The notes below the pieces were generated by a model. The model did not search any database and had not been told where the DNA came from. It saw only the letters and a program-made list of their open reading frames with translations. 64,000 bases of DNA from Candidatus Paraimprobicoccus trichonymphae. GTDB lineage: Bacteria > Bacillota > Clostridia > Oscillospirales > Acutalibacteraceae. The stretch covers positions 693,203-757,202 of the forward strand of contig AP027925.1 in assembly GCA_036322875.1 (NCBI GenBank). Direction: 5' to 3'. Every line of letters starts with the position of its first letter. The first letter of the stretch is position 1. The position numbers and the translations under genes are program-made. Below are positions 21,447-31,176 of the stretch, one piece after another.

Positions 21447-21675
21447 AAAAAACCGCTAAATATTTATTTTAGCGAATGAATCGCAAGAATGTTGATAAAA
21501 AAATAATGACATGCTAGAATCTCAAGAGTACTTCAACAAAAACCAAGTTAAAATTTAAAGCATAGAAAAAAGGTGCCGTGGTGGTTCACGGAAGTTTATA
21601 CTTGAAATGAAATGGAGTCGGTTGGCCTGCGGCAGACATTGGACCAGGAATCTGCGTAAAGCAGAGGGTCAAAAT
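21447..21675 (+). mobile_element. IS605-derived mini-element, copy B (reads toward rpsB)
   Basis: AAAAAACCGCTAAATATTTATTTTAGCG hairpin, TTGATA-N17-TGcTAGAAT, CCGTGGTGGTTCACGG hairpin, CTTGAAATGAAATGGAGTCGGTTGGCCTGCGG...GCAGAGGGTCAAAAT. Confidence 0.7.
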
Positions 21676-21773
21676 TAGTAAAAAATAAAACACATATTGT
21701 AGTGTTAAGCTTTGGTGGTTTTTCAAGGAATAGTAGCTACAATAGAGGAAAAAAACCAAAGGAGGAAAATTTT

Positions 21774-22586
21774 GTGCCAATAGTATCAATGAAAAATTTA
21801 TTAGAAACGGGAGTCCATTTTGGACATCAGACTAGACGTTGGGATCCTAGAATGTCAAAGTACATTTTTACTCAGCGTAACGGTATTCATATAATAGATC
21901 TGCAAAGAACCTCTAGAAAATTAGAAGAAGCATATTGGTTCGTAAAGGAAGTATCAAAATCCAAAGGGAGTTTTTTATTCGTAGGAACAAAAAAACAAGC
22001 ACAGGAGTCTGTCAAGGAATCGGCTGAAAGGTCTGGGGCTTTTTTTGTTAACTCAAGATGGTTGGGGGGGACTTTGACTAACTTTCTAACTATAAAACAA
22101 AGGATAAAAAGATTAGAACAATTGAGAACAATGGAAGAAAACGGGACTTTCGATTTGCTTCCTAAAAAAGAGGTACTAAAATTGAAATCTGAGATTGAAA
22201 GATTGGAGAGATTTATTGGTGGAATAAAAAATATGGCAAAGTTGCCAGATGCAATTTTTGTAGTTGATACAAAAAAAGAGCAGATAGCTTGTGAAGAAGC
22301 TAAAAAGTTGAAAATACCAATAGTAGGCATGGTAGATACAAATTGTGATCCTTCTATTGTGGATTATGTCATACCTGCAAATGATGATGCAATAAGAGCG
22401 GTAAAATTGATTTGTGATACTATCGCTGATGCGATAATAGAAGGGCGTGAAGCTAAACCACCAGCTAAGAGAATAATAGAAAATCAAATTCCTTCATCGT
22501 CTTCACCACGGGGATTAGATAAGGTTTTAGACTATGGTAGAATAAACCAGGATAAAAAATTGCACAATGAAGAAATTTTAAATTAA
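21774..22586 (+). CDS. rpsB: 30S ribosomal protein S2
   Basis: [30 protein letters not shown] at 21774 sits 8 nt after GGAGG (21761-21765). The upstream extension in the ORF track (21702) is not conserved. Confidence 0.95.
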   Translation: MPIVSMKNLLETGVHFGHQTRRWDPRMSKYIFTQRNGIHIIDLQRTSRKLEEAYWFVKEVSKSKGSFLFVGTKKQAQESVKESAERSGAFFVNSRWLGGTLTNFLTIKQRIKRLEQLRTMEENGTFDLLPKKEVLKLKSEIERLERFIGGIKNMAKLPDAIFVVDTKKEQIACEEAKKLKIPIVGMVDTNCDPSIVDYVIPANDDAIRAVKLICDTIADAIIEGREAKPPAKRIIENQIPSSSSPRGLDKVLDYGRINQDKKLHNEEILN

Positions 22587-22659
22587 GATTGTAATATTCT
22601 GTCATTAAATATAGTGATTCGTTGAAATTGTAATTCATGAGCATAGGAGTGGTGTTCTT

Positions 22660-24579
22660 TTGCAAAAAAAGTATTATATTACTACGCCCATATATTATCC
22701 ATCCGGGGAAGCACATTTAGGACACGGTTATAGTACAGTAGCGGCAGATGTTTTAGCGAGGTATAAAAGATTACAAAACTACGATGTTATGTTTTTGACG
22801 GGAACAGATGAGCATGGGCAAAAAATAGAATTAAATGCTAAAAAAGAGAATCTTGAGCCGAAAAAGTACGTTGATAACATGATTCCAAAATTTAAAAATT
22901 TATGGAAAGTTTTGAATATTTCTTATGATAAATTTATAAGAACTACTGACGCTTACCATATAAAATCTGTACAAAAAATATTTGAAGATTTGTATAATAA
23001 AGGTGAAATTTATAAAGGAGAATATGTTGGTTGGTACTGTGTTCCGTGTGAAAGTTTCTTTACAGATTCTCAATTAAAAGATAACAAATGTCCTGATTGT
23101 GGACGAGAAGTAAAAAAAGAAAAAGAAGAATCTTATTTTTTTAAATTATCTAAATATTCTGGAAAATTGCTGGATTTGTACAAAAATAATCCTGAATTTA
23201 TACAGCCAGAAAGTAGAAAAAATGAAATGATAAGCTTCATAAAGGAAAATTTGACGGATTTATGTGTAAGCAGAACCAGTTTTAAATGGGGTATACCGGT
23301 AAATTTTGATAAAAATCATGTTGTGTATGTTTGGCTAGATGCTCTTTCGAATTATATAACAGCTTTAGGATATGAAAGCGAGGATGATTCAAATTTAAAA
23401 AAATATTGGCCTGCAGATGTTCACATAGTTGGCAAGGAAATAGTAAGATTTCACGCCATAGTTTGGCCAGCTGTTTTAATGGCATTAAACTTAGAGTTGC
23501 CTAAAAGAGTATTTGGTCACGGATGGTTGTTATTTGGTGAGAATAAAGATAAAATGTCTAAATCTAAAGGTAATATTGTTGATCCAAATATCTTATGTTC
23601 AAGATATGGTACAGACTCTATAAGATATTTTTTAATGAGGGAAATTTCTTTCGGTTTAGATGGGACTTTTACGAACGAAGTTTTATTAAACAGAATAAAT
23701 TCAGATTTAGCAAATGATTTAGGAAATTTGGTTTTTAGAACTTTAACTATGATCGAAAAATATTTTAATAACAAACTTGTTTCTAAAAGTGAATTTAATA
23801 AAGATTTAGACTCTGATCTGATAAATACAGCTGAAAATTTAAGTTCAGAATATCAAAAACATATGGATAATTTCAAATTTTCAATAGCTTTGGAAAAGAT
23901 TTGGAATTTAATTTTTAAATTGAATAAATATATAGAAAAAACTGTACCATGGGATTTGGCTAAAATTGTGAATAAAAAAGAGCGATTGTCTACAGTTTTG
24001 TATAATTTATGTGAAAGTTTAAGGATAATTTCTATCTTGATTTTACCTTTTATGCCTGAATGTGCTAAAAAAATTCAGGTTATGTTGGGAATAAATTCTG
24101 AAGTTTTAGATTGGATATCCGTTTCAAAGTTTGGAATGTACAATTTAAACTCTGATATTAAAGCAAGAGAAGTGTTGTTTCCGAGAATAGATATAGAAAA
24201 AGAATTAGAAATTTTAGGTGATTTAAACAAAAATATAGTTAATTTAATTAATATACAAGATTTTTGTAATGTAGAGCTAAAAGTTTTTGAAATTTTAGAA
24301 TGTGAAAAAATCAAAAAATCAAAGAAGTTGTTAAAATTAACAGTTACTGATAATTTTAACAATGAAAATTCTAAAAGAATTGTCGTTTCTGGGATAGCTG
24401 AATATTATGAGCCTAAAGATTTGATAAATAAAAATGTAATTTTGGTTTCGAACTTAAAACCAGCAAAATTATGCGGTGTTGAAAGTAATGGGATGATTTT
24501 GGCTGCTTTCGATACTTATAAAAATACCGTGAAAATTATTTTTGTAGATGACATTTCTGTAGGTAGTAAAATTAGTTAA
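22660..24579 (+). CDS. metG: Methionine--tRNA ligase with C-terminal tRNA-binding domain
   Basis: YITTPIYYPSGEAHLGHGY (HIGH region), KMSKSKGN, CPDCG zinc knuckle, C-terminal EMAP/Trbp111-like domain. TTG start. Confidence 0.95.
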   Translation: MQKKYYITTPIYYPSGEAHLGHGYSTVAADVLARYKRLQNYDVMFLTGTDEHGQKIELNAKKENLEPKKYVDNMIPKFKNLWKVLNISYDKFIRTTDAYHIKSVQKIFEDLYNKGEIYKGEYVGWYCVPCESFFTDSQLKDNKCPDCGREVKKEKEESYFFKLSKYSGKLLDLYKNNPEFIQPESRKNEMISFIKENLTDLCVSRTSFKWGIPVNFDKNHVVYVWLDALSNYITALGYESEDDSNLKKYWPADVHIVGKEIVRFHAIVWPAVLMALNLELPKRVFGHGWLLFGENKDKMSKSKGNIVDPNILCSRYGTDSIRYFLMREISFGLDGTFTNEVLLNRINSDLANDLGNLVFRTLTMIEKYFNNKLVSKSEFNKDLDSDLINTAENLSSEYQKHMDNFKFSIALEKIWNLIFKLNKYIEKTVPWDLAKIVNKKERLSTVLYNLCESLRIISILILPFMPECAKKIQVMLGINSEVLDWISVSKFGMYNLNSDIKAREVLFPRIDIEKELEILGDLNKNIVNLINIQDFCNVELKVFEILECEKIKKSKKLLKLTVTDNFNNENSKRIVVSGIAEYYEPKDLINKNVILVSNLKPAKLCGVESNGMILAAFDTYKNTVKIIFVDDISVGSKIS

Positions 24580-25099
24580 AAATACATACTACAGTGTTAA
24601 TTATAACGAGAAATCAAATCTCATTGTAATCTAATGTGCTTCCTTTTATATTTATCTTCAAAATATTTTATTTGTTTTTCATAATTTTTATGGTGTAATA
24701 ATAAAAGAAATAAGCTTTTATTATAAAGTGAAATTTATTTAGTGTTTATAATTAATTTATAAGGGTGAATTACCAAAAATGAATAATCTAAATAAAACAG
24801 TTGCATTGACGTCAAATACTTTAATTTTAGCAATGTCAACTGATTTTAGTACATGTGCAGCCGGAAAACACAAGTGGTATCAGCTACACGAAAAAATCGG
24901 CTATTGTAAAAGGTGTAAATTATACATTTGGAGGGGTAGCATTAGCAGCATTAACTGTATTTGTGGGTAAAAAAGGACATGATGGCCATTCACGAAAGTG
25001 ACTCACAAAAACTATTGAAAGAAAAAATAGCCACAAATATTTTAAGTCAAGAGCAATTGATAAATATGTTGCCGGAGTTATTTAGAATTTTCTATATTT

Positions 25100-25890
25100 C
25101 ATTAGATAAAATGGAGCATATTGTGGTAAGCAAAATAAGCGATAATAATCGTAAAATATGGCTGACTGCGGAGAATTATATAGATCATGTTATGGACATT
25201 AAAGTGGAGAATGCAGTAGAACATGCAATAGATGAAGCAGAAGAAAACAAATACTTGCTACCGCAGATAAAGAGCTCCTAAAGATAACGTGGCAAGACTA
25301 AAAAGTATAGGTTTTAACATTTGATAAGAATGACAAACTATTTGCTACTGTGATGTTTGTGGAGGCTCGTACGAGTGCTAGAGAAAAAATAGTTACTGAC
25401 ATTAAGGTTAACCGCATGGAGAGAAAATGGATCAGCATACAATTTAGTCAGAAATAGAAGCTGTGAATACTTTAAGTTTGGGAACGCATAATTTTAACAT
25501 TTCAAGTACTCCATTATGGTCAGTAAAATTAGCGATTGTGACATGTATCGCATGTGGTAGGCAATTTGTGTGTCTATCCTTAAATAAATTTTAATTTCTG
25601 ATGTTTTTTTCCCCACCATCATAACCTTTTTTGTTGGATGTATCAGAATTTTTTACACTTTTGGAATTTACAATTATCATTGTTGTTTTTGGATTTCTAT
25701 CATCCGCAGTACGTTATGTTTGCACAATTATTCGTATCATATCATCTAGAAATACTAGTTTTATCTTCGCGCTTTTTAGACCACTTTTTAAAATCGTAAT
25801 CCATAGGTTGTGTTGTCTTGCTATTATTTTCAAGTTCATTTCTAATTTCTTCAAATTTGCTCTTTTGTTACATCACTTTGATATGCTAAT
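25100..25890 (-). pseudogene. IS5-family (DDE_Tnp_1-type) transposase remnant
   Basis: Minus-strand fragments VTKEQ..EEIRNELENN, SVKNSDTSNKKGYDGG.K, LPHAIHVTIANFTDHNGVLEML, VLPR..E..F. Multiple stops and frameshifts. Confidence 0.5.
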
Positions 25891-25891
25891 A

Positions 25892-26770
25892 TAGCTGTTC
25901 CGATTTAAAAAAATCTGTGATATAATTAAACGATGTCATATTCAAAAGACACGCGAGAATTGGTCTTAAAATATCTCTCGAAAGGGGGCACACTTATGAA
26001 GAAGCACGTAAGTAACTAGGTGTAAGCATAAGTTCAAAAAAAGCGTGGAAAAAACTTTTAAACGAAACAGGAAATTTAGAAAAGCGGTTAAAAAGGAGAA
26101 GTGCGACGAAATTTTTCACCGAAGAGCTTGAATTTTACATAGAAGGACATCCTGGCGCAATGCTTTCAGAAATAGCAGAAAAATTTGGTGGTTCGACATC
26201 CGGTGCATTCGATGCTTTGAAACGAATAGAAATCACTTCAAAAAAAGAGTATTTTTACATCGAAAGGGGCAAAATAAAACATCAAGAATTCGATGAAAAA
26301 ATGTCTAAACCAATGTGCCGACATTGCCTATATTGACGAATGCGGTGTTAATAAGTTTATGGCAAAATATTACGGTGGAAAAAGAGTTTTTATTCCTGAG
26401 CCCGGACGAAAATTTAAGCGGATAAATATCGTTGCGAATCAAATTAACGAAAAATAGATTGCAGTCAGAATGTACAAATGGTCGATGACTGCGGCATTTT
26501 TTCAAATTTGGTTTAACTATGAACTCTGCCCAGTTTTACGTCAAAACAGCATAATTGTGATGGACAACGTTAGTTTTTACAAAAAATCGGAACTCGAAAA
26601 AATTGCATGCTTATTATAAATGCCACGTCGTTTGGCTTTCGCCATATTCTCCGGACAAAAATAAAATTGAAAAATTATGGGCAAATTTAAAAGATTGGTT
26701 GCGTTTTAATTCTAAAAATTACTTAACAATTCAAGAATCTATCTCAGCTTATTTTAAATCGGAATAGCTA
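25892..26770 (+). pseudogene. IS630-family element, copy 1 (complete inverted repeats, TA-flanked, transposase frameshifted)
   Basis: IRs TAGCTGTTCCGATTTAAAA / TTTTAAATCGGAATAGCTA with TA on both sides. Fragments KAWKKLLNETGNLEKRLKRRSATKF, IDECGVNKFMAKYYGG, IIVMDNVSFYKKSELEKI, PYSPDKNKIEKLWANLKDWLR. Confidence 0.8.
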
Positions 26771-27110
26771 TAAATATGATTAACAGGTAATTTTTGAGAA
26801 ATAGATATTTCTATTTTTACGAAGTTTTTAAAGTAAGGAGTTAAGCACTATTTTTATCTGAACATATTCTAGACAAAATAAGCTATTATGTTTTCTAGTG
26901 TCATCACATTTAATTCAATAAAAAAATAATTAAATTTAAAATTAAAAAATTTTTTCATAATAATTAATAATTTTTTAAGTATTTTGTGAAAAAATTAGCA
27001 TTTGCTGATAAAATGTTTGTTTAATTGAAAATTAATTTCACCACACAAATTTTTTTATGCTAGAATATAAAAAATATTTTTAGAAATTTAAAAAAATAAC
27101 AGGAGAAAAA

Positions 27111-29915
27111 ATGCCAGAAAAAAACTATAATAGTACTATTAATTTACCGAAAACAGATTTTCCCATGAAGGCCAATTTACCTAAAAATGAAGTAATAACT
27201 TTCAAAAATCTTGAAGAGAAAAATATATATTCTCAAATTATGAGAAAGAATGCTTTAAAACCGTTGTATATTTTGCATGATGGTCCACCATATGCTAATG
27301 GAAATATTCATTTGGGACATGCTTTGAATAAAATTTTGAAAGATTTTGTTGTAAAATATAAAAATATGTCTGGTTTTAGGTCACCATATGTTCCTGGGTG
27401 GGATACTCATGGTTTACCAACTGAATTAAAAGCACGTGAAAAAGCTAAAATTAAGAAAAATCAGGATATTTCAGACTTAGAATTGAGAACAATTTGCAAA
27501 GAATTTGCTGTTTACTATATGAACAAACAAAGAGAACAATTTAAAAAATTAGGATTGTTAGGTGACTGGGATAATCCGTATATTACCTTGTTACCCGAAT
27601 TTGAATCAAAACAAATTGAAGTTTTTGCAAAAATGGCTTCTGAAAAAGCAATTTATCAGGGTTTAAAACCTGTGCATTGGTGTTATACTTGCGAAACTGC
27701 GCTTGCTGAAGCCGAAATTGAATATAATCAAGATAACTGTAGATCTATATATGTAAAATTTAGGGTGAAAACTCCTAATATATTTTTAAAAGGTTTAAAA
27801 GTGGATGTCAACAATACTTATTTCGTAATTTGGACTACTACTACTTGGACTTTACCGGCTAATGTTGCTATTTGTTTGCATCCAAAAATGGATTATAATT
27901 TAATAAAATCAAAAAACGAATATTATATTATAGCTAAAGATTTAGTTAAAAATTGCATGGAAGGAATTGCTAATATTGGCGAGTATAAAATTGTATCTAA
28001 TTTAAAAGGTTTTGAGCTTGAAAATATAACAGTTTTTCATCCATTTTTGGACAGAGAGTCTGTAATTATTACTGGAGAGCATGTTACCGCTGATTCTGGT
28101 ACGGGTTGTGTTCATACTGCGCCTGGACACGGAATTGAAGATTTTGAAGTTTGCAGTAGATATAAAGATATTCCTGTTGTAGTACCTGTCGATAGTAAAG
28201 GTGTTTTAACAGAAGAAGTTGGAGAATTTAAAAATATTCATATTTCAAAAGTAGAAGAAAATATTATAGAAAATTTAAAAAAATCTAATTTATTATTTGG
28301 GGAAAAACATTTAAAACATCAGTATCCTCACTGTTGGAGATGTAAACAACCTGTTATTTTCAGAGCTACTAAACAATGGTTTTGCTCTATAGACAAGTTT
28401 AAAAATCAGGCTTTAAAAAGTATAAATTCAGTAAATTGGATTCCTAAATGGGGAAAAGACAGAATAAGCTCGATGATTTCGGATAGAAAAGACTGGTGTA
28501 TTTCCAGACAAAGGAAGTGGGGCGTCCCGATACCGATATTTTTTTGTGATAACTGTAAAGAGCCACTGATAAATTCTGAAGTAATGTCAAATGTATCTAA
28601 AATATTTAAGTCGGAGGGTTCTGATTCTTGGTATTGTAAAAATTCCGAATATTTTATTACAGAAAATATAAAATGTCCAAAATGTAAAAATGACAAATTT
28701 ACGAAAGAAAACGATATAATGGATGTTTGGTTTGATTCTGGTGTTACTCACGAAGTTGTATGTAAAAGGGAAGACATGCAGTTTCCAGCTGATTTATATC
28801 TGGAGGGGTCTGATCAGTATAGAGGTTGGTTTCAGTCTTCTTTACTTACTTCTGTTTGTATAAATGATAAAGCTCCTTATAAAAATGTAGTTTCTCACGG
28901 TTGGGTTGTAGATGAAGAAGGCAAAAAACAGTCTAAATCTTTAGGAAATGGGATAAAACCTACTGAAGTTATAAATAAATACGGCACTGATATTTTTAGA
29001 CTTTGGGTTGCATCTTCTGACTATCATTCGGATGTGAAAATTTCTCATAATATTTTAAACCAACTATCTGAGTCTTATAGAAAAATTAGAAATACTTTTA
29101 AATTTATCATAGGCAATTTATATGACTTTGATCCAAACACAACAAGTTTTAAATTTGAGAAACTTTTAGATATAGATAAGTTTATTTTAAATAAATTGAA
29201 TAAGTTATATGATATTCTAATTAATTCTTATCAAAATTTCGAATTCCATTATATTTTTCATAGTATTCAAAAATTTTGTATTATAAATTTATCCAATTTT
29301 TATTTAGACATAATAAAAGATAGATTATATGTAGAGAAAGCTGATAGCTTCAAAAGAAAAACAGCTCAATATGTGATTTATATTATTTTAAGTAATTTAA
29401 TCAGATTTTTAGCACCAATTTTGGCATATACTTCAGAAGAAGTTTGGAATCATATGCCGCATAAAACAAATGAAAATCTTGAAAGCATTTTGTTAAATGA
29501 CATTTTAGTTAAGTCTGATTTTGATTTAGATAGTAACTTTAGTAATTGCTGGGAAAAATTGCAAGAATTGAAAAACGAAGTAAGAAAAACTTTAGAACAA
29601 GCAAGAAAAGATAAAGTTATAGGTTCATCTTTGGAAGCAAAAGTTTTAATTTTTTCTAAAAATAAGGAAATTCTTGAATTTTTAAGCAATAATTATCAAA
29701 ATTTAAAAGATATTTTGATAGTTTCAGAAATCGAAATTTCAGATGATTTTGATGTTTTAAATAAACCCCCCCTGGAAAAAATGGAAGATGTTTTTGTTTC
29801 TATTGAACATTCTATAAATAAAAAATGTGAAAGATGTTGGATGTATTTAGATACAGTTGGGAAAAATTTAAGTAATTTTGATTTATGTGAAAGATGTATA
29901 AAAGTTTTAGAATAA
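27111..29915 (+). CDS. ileS: Isoleucine--tRNA ligase
   Basis: PPYANGNIHLGHAL (HIGH), KQSKSLGN (KMSKS), C-terminal CERCW...CERC zinc motif. 934 aa. Confidence 0.97.
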   Translation: MPEKNYNSTINLPKTDFPMKANLPKNEVITFKNLEEKNIYSQIMRKNALKPLYILHDGPPYANGNIHLGHALNKILKDFVVKYKNMSGFRSPYVPGWDTHGLPTELKAREKAKIKKNQDISDLELRTICKEFAVYYMNKQREQFKKLGLLGDWDNPYITLLPEFESKQIEVFAKMASEKAIYQGLKPVHWCYTCETALAEAEIEYNQDNCRSIYVKFRVKTPNIFLKGLKVDVNNTYFVIWTTTTWTLPANVAICLHPKMDYNLIKSKNEYYIIAKDLVKNCMEGIANIGEYKIVSNLKGFELENITVFHPFLDRESVIITGEHVTADSGTGCVHTAPGHGIEDFEVCSRYKDIPVVVPVDSKGVLTEEVGEFKNIHISKVEENIIENLKKSNLLFGEKHLKHQYPHCWRCKQPVIFRATKQWFCSIDKFKNQALKSINSVNWIPKWGKDRISSMISDRKDWCISRQRKWGVPIPIFFCDNCKEPLINSEVMSNVSKIFKSEGSDSWYCKNSEYFITENIKCPKCKNDKFTKENDIMDVWFDSGVTHEVVCKREDMQFPADLYLEGSDQYRGWFQSSLLTSVCINDKAPYKNVVSHGWVVDEEGKKQSKSLGNGIKPTEVINKYGTDIFRLWVASSDYHSDVKISHNILNQLSESYRKIRNTFKFIIGNLYDFDPNTTSFKFEKLLDIDKFILNKLNKLYDILINSYQNFEFHYIFHSIQKFCIINLSNFYLDIIKDRLYVEKADSFKRKTAQYVIYIILSNLIRFLAPILAYTSEEVWNHMPHKTNENLESILLNDILVKSDFDLDSNFSNCWEKLQELKNEVRKTLEQARKDKVIGSSLEAKVLIFSKNKEILEFLSNNYQNLKDILIVSEIEISDDFDVLNKPPLEKMEDVFVSIEHSINKKCERCWMYLDTVGKNLSNFDLCERCIKVLE

Positions 29916-29954
29916 TTTTTTCTAAAAATTAGAAATGATAAAGGGGAAGAAGAT

Positions 29955-30746
29955 TTGTCAGTTTTAAACTTTGTTAACACAGAAATAGTAGAAAAATTAA
30001 AAGTAGTTATCGGAAAAAATGCTGAATTAATAAGATACAATGAATCTAGGTCGACTTCCGATGGCATGATCTGTTATAGTGCTGATTTTAAATATACTAT
30101 TGTGGGTACTGAAGATGAAATATTAAATGAAAATAAAGCAAAGAAAAAACTTAAAAAAATGGCTGGAAAAAAAGCTGAGTTGATACAATTTGAGGTCAAA
30201 GCAGAAGAAAATCAAAAAATTTATACTGCTGTTTTCAGAATAAAATTTACAAAGAATAATTTATCAACTCTGGATAAATTAAAAGAATTAAAATCAATTA
30301 CAGACAAAAATGCTGAACTTATAGAGTACTATGGACCTAAAATTACTTTAAGCGGCATAGTTTACAGCGCTAATTTTGAATATACTATTGTAGATAATGA
30401 AGATAAGATATTAAGTGAAGATGAAGCAAAGAAAGAGCTTAAAAAAATGGCTGGAAAAGAAGCTGAATTAATGAAATTTAAAGTTAAAACAAAAAACAGC
30501 AAAAAAATTTATATGGCTATTTTCAGGATAAAACTTACAGATATAATGGGAAAAAAAGAAATACTAAATACTATAATTGAAAAAATAATTGAAATTGAAA
30601 ATGTTACTGTCCTTGACTTTCAAGACTTTTACAACGGAAATTACAAACTTGTAGTTGCTGACAAATCTGGTAAAGTCTATATAGAGAATTTTAATGAATC
30701 GGTTGTTTTTAATAATTTAGATTTGCTTTCATATTTTTTTGACTGA
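29955..30746 (+). CDS. Hypothetical protein with internal tandem duplication (PepSY-like modules)
   Basis: Two ~110-aa repeats (GKNAELIRYNE...KAKKKLKKMAGKKAELIQFEVKAEENQKIYTAVFRIK and DKNAELIEYYG...EAKKELKKMAGKEAELMKFKVKTKNSKKIYMAIFRIK). TTG start. Confidence 0.5.
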   Translation: MSVLNFVNTEIVEKLKVVIGKNAELIRYNESRSTSDGMICYSADFKYTIVGTEDEILNENKAKKKLKKMAGKKAELIQFEVKAEENQKIYTAVFRIKFTKNNLSTLDKLKELKSITDKNAELIEYYGPKITLSGIVYSANFEYTIVDNEDKILSEDEAKKELKKMAGKEAELMKFKVKTKNSKKIYMAIFRIKLTDIMGKKEILNTIIEKIIEIENVTVLDFQDFYNGNYKLVVADKSGKVYIENFNESVVFNNLDLLSYFFD

Positions 30747-30893
30747 TTTTAGTGTTACTTATATTTATTTCTAAAGTTGTAAATCAAAGGCTCACTGCCG
30801 TGAATATAATACGCAATGATGCATTAACATATTTAAACTTCTTTATTCCTCTTAAAATAAAAATAAAATTTTATCAAGAATTAAATGTAAAAC

Positions 30894-31088
30894 CTAAGCT
30901 TCTTTTAATTCTTTTTTTACAACTTCTACATCGTTGTAATAACCGCAATTCTTACAAACTTTATGAGACACCCTAAAAAACCCGCATTTTTTACAGGTAA
31001 CCAAATTTGGAGAGGTTAATTTCCAAACATTAGAACGCCTTTTATTTTTTCTAGATTTTGAATTTTTCCTTTTTGGTGAATAAGACAT
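30894..31088 (-). CDS. rpmF: 50S ribosomal protein L32
   Basis: SPKRKNSKSRKNKRRS..WKL..P.LV.C..CG....SHKVCKNCGYY zinc-ribbon L32 pattern. Confidence 0.9.
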   Translation of the reverse strand: MSYSPKRKNSKSRKNKRRSNVWKLTSPNLVTCKKCGFFRVSHKVCKNCGYYNDVEVVKKELKEA

Positions 31089-31176
31089 TTTTACACCTTC
31101 CTTACACTTTAAAATATTTTCTTATTATATTATATAAATTGAATTTTATCTTTTAAAATAAATAATGTCAAGTATT

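Noticed and set aside
21887-22487. ORFs 21887..22330 and 22176..22487 (minus strand), and similar tracked ORFs such as 495..683, 17736..17969, 20172..20399, 23282..23774, 28406..28696, 32237..32467, 33145..33483, 50032..50241, 53897..54142, 55703..56095, 57648..57848, 59167..59550
   Set aside because: All lie antisense to or out of frame within strongly supported conserved genes. They have low-complexity or hydrophobic composition typical of shadow ORFs and lack RBS support.
22587-22659. T-box leaders or riboswitches upstream of metG, ileS (26771-27110), the RibU-like gene (1897-2412) and the ThiT-like gene (40473-40622)
   Set aside because: I looked for the T-box sequence, FMN-element blocks (GGGTGAAATTCCC, CCGGTG) and TPP motifs (CTGAGA, ACCTGATCTGGATAATGCCAGCG). 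None was present. These leaders are almost pure A/T.
24779-24970. 63-aa Cys-containing ORF, and an overlapping frame ending in a hydrophobic stretch plus KK (GGVALAALTVFVGKK) that looks like a cell-wall sorting-signal tail near the sortase theme
   Set aside because: No LPXTG/NPQTN/SPXTG-type motif precedes the hydrophobic segment. The frame has no start codon and the region is surrounded by element debris. It is probably a gene fragment.
24961-25894. ORFs 24961..25281 and 25631..25894 on the plus strand as real genes
   Set aside because: The minus strand of this region carries recognisable IS5-type transposase fragments (SVKNSDTSNKKGYDGG, LPHAIHVT). The plus-strand frames are most simply antisense shadows, although 24961..25281 extends somewhat beyond the recognisable remnant and cannot be fully excluded.
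30752-30976. ORF 30752..30976 (plus strand)
   Set aside because: It overlaps the well-supported L32 gene on the opposite strand and has no RBS. It is a shadow ORF.
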